A stretch of 62,467 bases of DNA from a virus (lineage: Duplodnaviria; Caudoviricetes): positions 1-62,467 of IMG/VR virus record IMGVR_UViG_3300030012_003842, one strand, 5' to 3'. Made by a program: the position numbers and the translations under genes. This document shows, one piece after another, positions 51,589-57,001 of this stretch. The notes beneath the pieces were generated by a model that saw only the letters and a program-made list of their open reading frames with translations, did not search any database and was not told where the DNA came from. The first letter of the stretch is position 1. Every line of letters starts with the position of its first letter.

Positions 51589-51904
51589 TGGCTTGTCTTT
51601 TTTGATTATCCTCATAGCTACATGAAGACCAGAAACAGTCATCATGAAAGCCATTGGTTAAATTATGATAGTATCTCTTCAGCTTTTCATTCAGCTTGTT
51701 TAAACGGTCTATGCTTTTCCAGTCTGGAACATTGCAATCACCGTCAACTCTTCCCAGCAAACCACCACCAAGATAGTTTTGATATGCCGTCATCTTTCCA
51801 TTTGGGTAGCCCCACTTTTTTAAGTCTATCTCAATGCCGCCACCACGTGGGCTTACCTCTTTGCGGATTATAGACTGTTCTATTCTCTTTACTCTCATAG
51901 CCAT
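51578..51904 (-). CDS. Hypothetical early protein
   Basis: 108-aa ORF containing AYQNYLGGG. Confidence 0.65.
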   Translation of the reverse strand: MAMRVKRIEQSIIRKEVSPRGGGIEIDLKKWGYPNGKMTAYQNYLGGGLLGRVDGDCNVPDWKSIDRLNKLNEKLKRYYHNLTNGFHDDCFWSSCSYEDNQKRQASAY

Positions 51905-52206
51905 ACGTGTGCTGATTTGATTTTATTTGGGTGTACCTCCCTTTCAATTATCTCTGTGCTTACGCCTTGAACTGATGAGTCTTTAAGCTTATAGCATTTA
52001 GTTAGCTGAATAAACTCTACGATTTTGCCCTGACGTTTAGTCGAGCTTAGGTGTTCAATAGCTTCTTTTAAAGTATCAAAAGACTTAGTCTTTTTGTTTG
52101 GGTTCTGCCATGTGTTGGCATGGGTCAATGCTTTACCTTTCCCATTATGTATTTCATAATGGTCAACGTCTTCAATGATTGTCCCGTAAATAATATTCTG
52201 TTCCAT
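51895..52206 (-). CDS. Hypothetical early protein
   Basis: 103-aa ORF. Confidence 0.6.
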   Translation of the reverse strand: MEQNIIYGTIIEDVDHYEIHNGKGKALTHANTWQNPNKKTKSFDTLKEAIEHLSSTKRQGKIVEFIQLTKCYKLKDSSVQGVSTEIIEREVHPNKIKSAHVWL

Positions 52207-52262
52207 ACGAATTTGATTTAATTATGCGTGGCGTTTAAACGGGTGCCACACTTTACCCTTTT

Positions 52263-52372
52263 AGTAATGGGTGGGGGACTCGAACCCCCACTGAAGCCTA
52301 CTCACTATCGTTCGAGCAACTAATATTTCTATTAGAACCGCTGTACTAATCTCGTGAGGTCTTCAACCCACC
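52263..52372 (-). ncRNA. tRNA-like structured RNA (acceptor stem and T arm, no canonical D/anticodon arms)
   Basis: GGUGGGU/ACCCAUU acceptor-like stem, GGGGG-UUCGAGU-CCCCC T arm, inner stems UGAAG/CUUCA, CUCAC/GUGAG and CUAAUA-GAAA-UAUUAG. Confidence 0.65.
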
Positions 52373-52422
52373 AACGGACTGCACAAAATTCATACACAAA
52401 ACAACAGTCCGTTTAAACGTCT

Positions 52423-52710
52423 TTACAATCTATCCATGAAGTCTTGTGCTAACTCCATTGGATTTGTAACATCTTCAAGTGCCCAGAACTCGATGAACTT
52501 TTCAGCGTCTTCATACACGCCTTCAAATATTTGTTCATCGGTTCGCCAACGTTTACGCTGGCCTTCACTCATGGTTTTGACTTTACCATTTTCTAAAAAA
52601 TTAAATCGACTAAAGCTTGTCGCTCCGTAATTAAAGAACACGTCTGATATACTGAACGTTGGGCTCGTCTGTAATAATTTTGTTTTAGTTTCACTTAATT
52701 TTCCAAACAT
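52423..52710 (-). CDS. Hypothetical early protein
   Basis: Probable start MFGKL (52710) after an A-rich leader. Confidence 0.6.
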   Translation of the reverse strand: MFGKLSETKTKLLQTSPTFSISDVFFNYGATSFSRFNFLENGKVKTMSEGQRKRWRTDEQIFEGVYEDAEKFIEFWALEDVTNPMELAQDFMDRL

Positions 52711-52753
52711 AATTTTTAATTTTAAGATTCGTGTGCAATATACAAAATGTTTT

Positions 52754-52906
52754 TTAATTGTGCAAGTTTTGTACATTAAAATTTATTTTTATTTGCTCAC
52801 CTTGTTTAAACGCACGCGACTTTTTTTCTGCAATGAGCCTGTTTAAACGCCTTTGCTCTCTTGCCTTATAAACCGCGTGCATTATTTGTCTTTCAATTCT
52901 GTGCAT
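52754..52906 (-). CDS. Small basic hypothetical protein (50 aa)
   Basis: Manually translated MHRIERQIMHAVYKAREQRRLNRL...; TAATG coupling to the upstream gene. Confidence 0.5.
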   Translation of the reverse strand: MHRIERQIMHAVYKAREQRRLNRLIAEKKSRAFKQGEQIKINFNVQNLHN

Positions 52907-53151
52907 TAGTTACGTCTTACAGTGTAGTCTTCATTGATGAGATGAAATACATCATTCCATACTTCAGACGGAACGTCAGCTTCCTTCATACAATCGTCTA
53001 TCCCTGCAAACAATCCGTCAACTGCTTTATCGTCAATCCCTCTTTGTTCGACTTGTTCGTACCAGTGAAATGCTTGCTCCTCTGTACTCCATTCTTCGAA
53101 AGGAACGCCTGCTTCTTCTTCGGCTTGTAAAATGTGATTTGGTTTTTCCAT
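52906..53151 (-). CDS. Acidic hypothetical early protein
   Basis: 81 aa; starts 24 nt after the predicted cut of ribozyme A. Confidence 0.65.
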   Translation of the reverse strand: MEKPNHILQAEEEAGVPFEEWSTEEQAFHWYEQVEQRGIDDKAVDGLFAGIDDCMKEADVPSEVWNDVFHLINEDYTVRRN

Positions 53152-53170
53152 AATATAAATTTTAAATTAA

Positions 53171-53242
53171 TAACTCCTGCACCGCGTTTAAACGGTGCAA
53201 CGCTTTGAGCTTAGTGTTCTGTTTATAGTCGCTCAATCGACT
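53171..53242 (-). ncRNA. Pistol ribozyme A (variant)
   Basis: P1 AGUCG/CGACU, pseudoknot UUGAG/CUCAA, AAA linker, UAAG and GCG core, P3 UUGCACCG/CGGUGCAG, G-A at the scissile position, 3-bp P2 AAC/GUU. Confidence 0.72.
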
Positions 53243-53742
53243 TACTCATCGTCCCATTCATACTGGTTGTACTCACTGTATTCAACATCTTCCCAATCGC
53301 CCAGAGTTGTCTCTTTCTTTCTGCAGTTGTTTAAATCATTAAGTAAATCAATAAAATGACCGATAGCCATGGTGTAATTTACAATGCGTTTAAACGACCC
53401 CTCTTTCAGCATGTTCTCTGCCTCTTGCCACATATCATATTCACATTGATACAGTTCTGAAGGGTCGCCCCATTCTGAATCCGCGCTGTGTAGCCAATAG
53501 ATATCATTACCTTGAGCGTCTGACTCTCTATCAATTACAAGAGTGTCTGAATCAGTGTGATAACCGCTTGAACCAGCGTAATAATTATTGTAGAGACAAT
53601 AGTCATTCTCTCTATCGCCTAATATCTCCCATTGCCACGGGCCATCGTCTGTATCAGTTAATACTGCAACGTTTAAACTGCTACTGTCTTCACAGTTCCA
53701 ACCGTTTTTTGTTCCGTAAATTTTTAATTCTTTTATTCTCAT
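53242..53742 (-). CDS. Acidic hypothetical early protein
   Basis: 166 aa, Asp/Glu/Trp/Tyr-rich; stop codon abuts ribozyme A. Confidence 0.7.
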   Translation of the reverse strand: MRIKELKIYGTKNGWNCEDSSSLNVAVLTDTDDGPWQWEILGDRENDYCLYNNYYAGSSGYHTDSDTLVIDRESDAQGNDIYWLHSADSEWGDPSELYQCEYDMWQEAENMLKEGSFKRIVNYTMAIGHFIDLLNDLNNCRKKETTLGDWEDVEYSEYNQYEWDDE

Positions 53743-54305
53743 GAGTTTTGAATTTTAGTTAATCTCTCTAATTTGTCTGAGTCGTTTAAACGGTCCCAGT
53801 CTGAGGGTGGTTCCCAATTTGGAATCTTGCTCCTCATTGTAGCAAATACAATCCTTTCTTTATACTTGACCGCTTGAGCTGTATCCTCCTTTTTATCATT
53901 CATTAAATCCCCCATTAATAGGAAAGCTTTCATTGAATTTAATATAGGGTCTGGCTCACCTTCACCGCTTTTAATAGCAAGTTTTAAATCAATAAGGTCT
54001 TGACCAAAGAAACCGCCAAGCTCACAAGTTTTAAAGTAGTTGTGAAGCGTTAATTTTCTCGCATCGTTTAAACGCTTCCAGTCACTGAATACATGTTTTC
54101 TGACAAGCTTCTTGTGGTGCTCAATCTCTTCATCAACAACCCTCAGCATTGAGGTTTTGTATCTGTAATCCTCCCAAGTTCTGTTGTTCCAATGTACAGA
54201 CGCTTTGCCTATCTCAACGCCATTAAAAAGAAGAGTTGAATCATGGCTGAAGCCGTTACGCCTGTTACGGCTTTCGTTTTTAATTTCAAAGTTTTTAAAT
54301 TTCAT
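53739..54305 (-). CDS. Hypothetical early protein
   Basis: 188 aa with GFSH and WNNRTWE motifs; starts 24 nt after the ribozyme B cut. Confidence 0.7.
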   Translation of the reverse strand: MKFKNFEIKNESRNRRNGFSHDSTLLFNGVEIGKASVHWNNRTWEDYRYKTSMLRVVDEEIEHHKKLVRKHVFSDWKRLNDARKLTLHNYFKTCELGGFFGQDLIDLKLAIKSGEGEPDPILNSMKAFLLMGDLMNDKKEDTAQAVKYKERIVFATMRSKIPNWEPPSDWDRLNDSDKLERLTKIQNS

Positions 54306-54324
54306 ATAGTATAAATTTTAGTTA

Positions 54325-54393
54325 AACAACGGACAACGTTTAAACGCTGTCCCGCTTTGGGCCTAATGCTCTTTTTATTGTCGCCCAAACGAC
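54325..54393 (-). ncRNA. Pistol ribozyme B
   Basis: P1 GUCG/CGAC, pseudoknot UUUGGG/CCCAAA, P2 AGCA/UGUU, UAGG and GCG core, P3 GGACAGCG/CGUUGUCC, GU cleavage dinucleotide at 54330/54329. Confidence 0.88.
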
Positions 54394-54599
54394 TCTTTAA
54401 ATTCTTGCAACCATAACCAGCCTAACATGTACAATAGAAAGCCTTGAAAGGCTAACAGTAGACCGAACACAAGCAACGCAATAAGCCCGTCAATTTGTGT
54501 GGCTACATGGAACATCATTCGCAGTGCTGAAATCCCAACGAATAACGCACAAAGGCCAAGGATAATTGTTTGAATCTGTTTTGATATTTTATTTTCCAT
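54375..54599 (-). CDS. Small two-TM membrane protein
   Basis: Two hydrophobic helices; last codons overlap P1 of ribozyme B. Confidence 0.65.
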   Translation of the reverse strand: MENKISKQIQTIILGLCALFVGISALRMMFHVATQIDGLIALLVFGLLLAFQGFLLYMLGWLWLQEFKESFGRQ

Positions 54600-54625
54600 A
54601 TTATTAGTATTAAATTAAACTCCGT

Positions 54626-55135
54626 TTAAACGTCCTCCCTCCCAAACTCAGGGTTTGGCTTGTCACCGTCCAGCCCCGCGGTTAAAACTCCGTAAATCAC
54701 TTTGTCAAATAACTCGTTATAAATTGGCGTGTATTTGTCAAACTTTTCGTAATCCCCATAATGCAGGTAATCCGTCAAGAAATTTTCCAGCCTTTGGACT
54801 TCTCTGCCCGCGTCTGCATGCGCGTAAATGAAATTAATCATTCTTTTGTAGTAAGGCTTTATAAAAATTTCTGTGTCGCTTGTAGGGTTGCCGTAATCGT
54901 CACAATCCCATGAATCGTAATCCTGAACGTTACAATTTCCGTTATTATAAAAATCATAACTTAGACGGCCAATCGCTCTTATTAATTCACCGTGTACAGT
55001 TGGCGCGTCACCGCTTGAAGGTACCAGCTTTTTATTTAGCTTTTTGTACTCTTCAGAATAGGCACCAGTACCAGCCCAATAGCTACAGCCTTTAGGCGTG
55101 GTTTTCATTTGTGGTTTTTCAATAGTATTTTTCAT
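54626..55135 (-). CDS. Hypothetical early protein
   Basis: LVPSSG...GELIRAIGRLSYDFYNNGN; start moved to ATG 55135, 24 nt after the ribozyme C cut. Confidence 0.7.
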   Translation of the reverse strand: MKNTIEKPQMKTTPKGCSYWAGTGAYSEEYKKLNKKLVPSSGDAPTVHGELIRAIGRLSYDFYNNGNCNVQDYDSWDCDDYGNPTSDTEIFIKPYYKRMINFIYAHADAGREVQRLENFLTDYLHYGDYEKFDKYTPIYNELFDKVIYGVLTAGLDGDKPNPEFGREDV

Positions 55136-55154
55136 ATAGTATAAATTTTGATTA

Positions 55155-55224
55155 AACAACCTGAGCCGTTTAAACGGCTCAACGCTTAGGGCTTAATGTA
55201 CTATTTCAAGTCGCCCTAACGACC
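55155..55224 (-). ncRNA. Pistol ribozyme C
   Basis: GGUCG-UUAGGG-CGACU-UGAAAUAG-UACA-UUAAG-CCCUAA-GCG-UUGAGCCG(UUUAAA)CGGCUCAG-GU-UGUU; core nearly identical to the env25 pistol as I recall it. Confidence 0.92.
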
Positions 55225-55321
55225 CCAAACCTTTGACGAATTGTCGCCATTCTTTGCGCGTTAGTTTAGCGCGCTTGCGTGCTTTCGTTTGTCTGTTTGG
55301 CTTTGAGATTTTTAATATCAT
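55193..55321 (-). CDS. Small basic protein (42 aa) ending inside ribozyme C
   Basis: Manually translated MILKISKPNRQTKARKRAKLTRKEWRQFVKGLGSLGRLEIVH; shares the AAAATTTATAC leader. Confidence 0.55.
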   Translation of the reverse strand: MILKISKPNRQTKARKRAKLTRKEWRQFVKGLGSLGRLEIVH

Positions 55322-55342
55322 AGTGTATAAATTTTAATTAAT

Positions 55343-55366
55343 AAAAGGGGCGCGTTTAAACGCCCC
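55343..55366 (-). terminator. Terminator-like hairpin containing GTTTAAAC
   Basis: GGGGCG-TTTAAACG-CGCCCC-TTTT after the first early gene. Confidence 0.55.
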
Positions 55367-55373
55367 GTGATTT

Positions 55374-56003
55374 TTACTCATCGCGTTCATTGTCCATGTG
55401 ACCACCGCAACCCGTAGGGCATTCAATGTGGTCCTCAAGCTTGTTGATATTCATTCTTGACGTCCTGAAACTGAACCCGCAACAATTACAGCTGACCTTC
55501 AAATTTCTGACCCCGTCTTTACGTCCGCCCGTCATAACCTTAGCATGAGGGAACAAGCCTAACGGCTTTATAACGTTAGCTTTTAGATAATCTTCAAGCC
55601 ATTCTGTTTCAGTTGTCGCGGTCATTTTACCCGTCAACCCTACAGCTGTGGCGCAACGTTTAAACGGTGCCCCGTGACCGCTTGCGCAATCATCAACGGC
55701 ATGTACTAACTCATGAACAAGAACGCCTAAAATTCGAAGCGTACCCTTCAATGTTGAGCCGTCTAAATATGGGGTGATATTTACTTGATTAATTCCGCTA
55801 TCGCAAAGACCTGTTGGAAAGCATTGCCCCAATACCTTGACGCCTTGCCCGTATTTGGTTCTGTTTCCTCTGGTTGCCCACGATACAGATAATTGAACTT
55901 TTGGGACTTTGTATCCCTTCTGTTTAAACAGCCCCTTTCTTAGTATATCCGTAGCGTTTTCTAAGTAGGTCTCTCTGTTAGATTTTGACTTTTTATGTCT
56001 CAT
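55374..56003 (-). CDS. SprT-like zinc metalloprotease with C-terminal Zn-ribbon
   Basis: VLVHELVH, GHGAPFK, CNCCG...CPTGCG. Confidence 0.75.
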   Translation of the reverse strand: MRHKKSKSNRETYLENATDILRKGLFKQKGYKVPKVQLSVSWATRGNRTKYGQGVKVLGQCFPTGLCDSGINQVNITPYLDGSTLKGTLRILGVLVHELVHAVDDCASGHGAPFKRCATAVGLTGKMTATTETEWLEDYLKANVIKPLGLFPHAKVMTGGRKDGVRNLKVSCNCCGFSFRTSRMNINKLEDHIECPTGCGGHMDNERDE

Positions 56004-56032
56004 AATTGTATAAATTTTGTGTTAAACTTGTA

Positions 56033-56062
56033 CAAATATAGTAAATATTTCGTTTATACAAA
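56033..56062 (-). promoter_or_regulatory. Early Bacteroidota sigma-A promoter
   Basis: TTTG-N18-TATATTTG on the minus strand, ~30 nt before ATG 56003. Confidence 0.7.
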
Positions 56063-56069
56063 CTATTTA

Positions 56070-56480
56070 TTTAAAAAGATTTGTAAAAATATTATCATGC
56101 ACCTGCTGATTTGGTTGTAACTTGCTGACTTTCAGTGACTTAACCTGTTGATAACTTTATCTTTTTTTTTATGATTTGTTTTGTCTTTTGATTTATCGGG
56201 CGGGCATAACGGGGGAAATCCTTTTATCTCTTCAATCAAAAAACGTCAAACCTTCCCCCGCCCCTCAGCCCGTTTAAACGCTTAGGCCCTAACAACGTTT
56301 AAACAATGCGCGCGCTTTTGCGGTCAACCTCGAGCCCGTTTAAACGCACAGCAAAAAGCTAAAAAAATCGAGAAAAAATTTTTAAAATTTGTTTTGACCG
56401 ACAAAATATTTTGACTTTTTGTTAGGGGGGTGGCAAACGTATAACGGGGTATTACCCTGAACTCCCAGATATCTAATAAA
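56070..56480. other. Long non-coding divergence region, candidate genome end/packaging or origin region
   Basis: Strand switch, A/T tracts interleaved with GC blocks, edge of the GTTTAAAC gradient. Confidence 0.45.
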
Positions 56481-56487
56481 AATTTAT

Positions 56488-56495
56488 TATCTTTG
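56488..56495 (+). promoter_or_regulatory. Bacteroidota -7 promoter element
   Basis: TATCTTTG 16 nt before ATG 56512. Confidence 0.55.
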
Positions 56496-56511
56496 ATAAA
56501 AATTAAAAGCT

Positions 56512-56709
56512 ATGAGCATAAACAATTACGTAGACGGATTATACATTAAGGATGGTAGGTTAATAAACGACAGGCCTTCATCTGAATCAGGAATAGCAAG
56601 AGCAGCTTCTATTAAGAGGTCTGTAAAAAACGATAGAAAGATTAATCAAATTGCTGAAGGTATTCAACTTGCAGAAGATAAGAAGAACTTCAGACAGTTA
56701 GAATTTTAA
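56512..56709 (+). CDS. Hypothetical protein
   Basis: 65 aa with its own promoter element and terminator. Confidence 0.65.
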   Translation: MSINNYVDGLYIKDGRLINDRPSSESGIARAASIKRSVKNDRKINQIAEGIQLAEDKKNFRQLEF

Positions 56710-56748
56710 AAAACAAATTTCCCTATTTGTTCTGTTTTGATTTGAGTG

Positions 56749-56782
56749 AAAGAGAGTTTCTTAATTGAAACTCTTTTTTTTT
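56749..56782 (+). terminator. Intrinsic terminator
   Basis: AAGAGAGTTTC/GAAACTCTTTT stem followed by a T run. Confidence 0.7.
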
Positions 56783-56945
56783 GTCATACCTATGACAATA
56801 ATATGACAATATAGTTTTATGTAACTTCTTGATTTTCAATTACTTATTTATTTTATGACGACTATGACGACTTAAATATAAAATTAATATATATAAAATA
56901 TAATATAAAAAGAAAAATATATATATGTAAATTTGCAGAAAATAA

Positions 56946-56976
56946 TTTGTCATGTTCGTCACAATTTGTATATTTG
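56946..56976 (+). promoter_or_regulatory. Consensus Bacteroidota promoter for groEL
   Basis: TTTG-N19-TATATTTG. Confidence 0.75.
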
Positions 56977-57001
56977 AAAAGTTCTAATTAAATTAAATAA
57001 A

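Larger units (their letters stand above)
47783..56346. repeat. Dispersed palindromic motif (C)GTTTAAAC(G), about 28 copies in this span
   Basis: Counted by eye, e.g. 47783, 48776, 50821, 51013, 52232, 52410, 53185, 53387, 53783, 54065, 54337, 54623, 55167, 55353, 55657, 56271, 56337. Confidence 0.9.

Noticed and set aside
52207-52262. A further pistol or HDV-like ribozyme after the tRNA-like RNA
   Set aside because: Only a 7-bp hairpin with the palindrome; no convincing P1/pseudoknot/GCG core or nested double pseudoknot
52263-52372. Canonical tRNA or tmRNA gene
   Set aside because: No D arm or 7-nt anticodon loop in the expected positions, no encoded CCA, and far too short for tmRNA
53171-55224. 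SAM-II/SAM-V or preQ1 riboswitches, or plain terminators
   Set aside because: Their ligand-binding consensus is absent and no U tract follows the hairpins; all pistol core elements are present instead
47783-56346. GTTTAAAC repeats as a CRISPR array
   Set aside because: The repeat is only 8-10 bp, irregularly spaced and mostly inside ORFs; no cas genes were recognised
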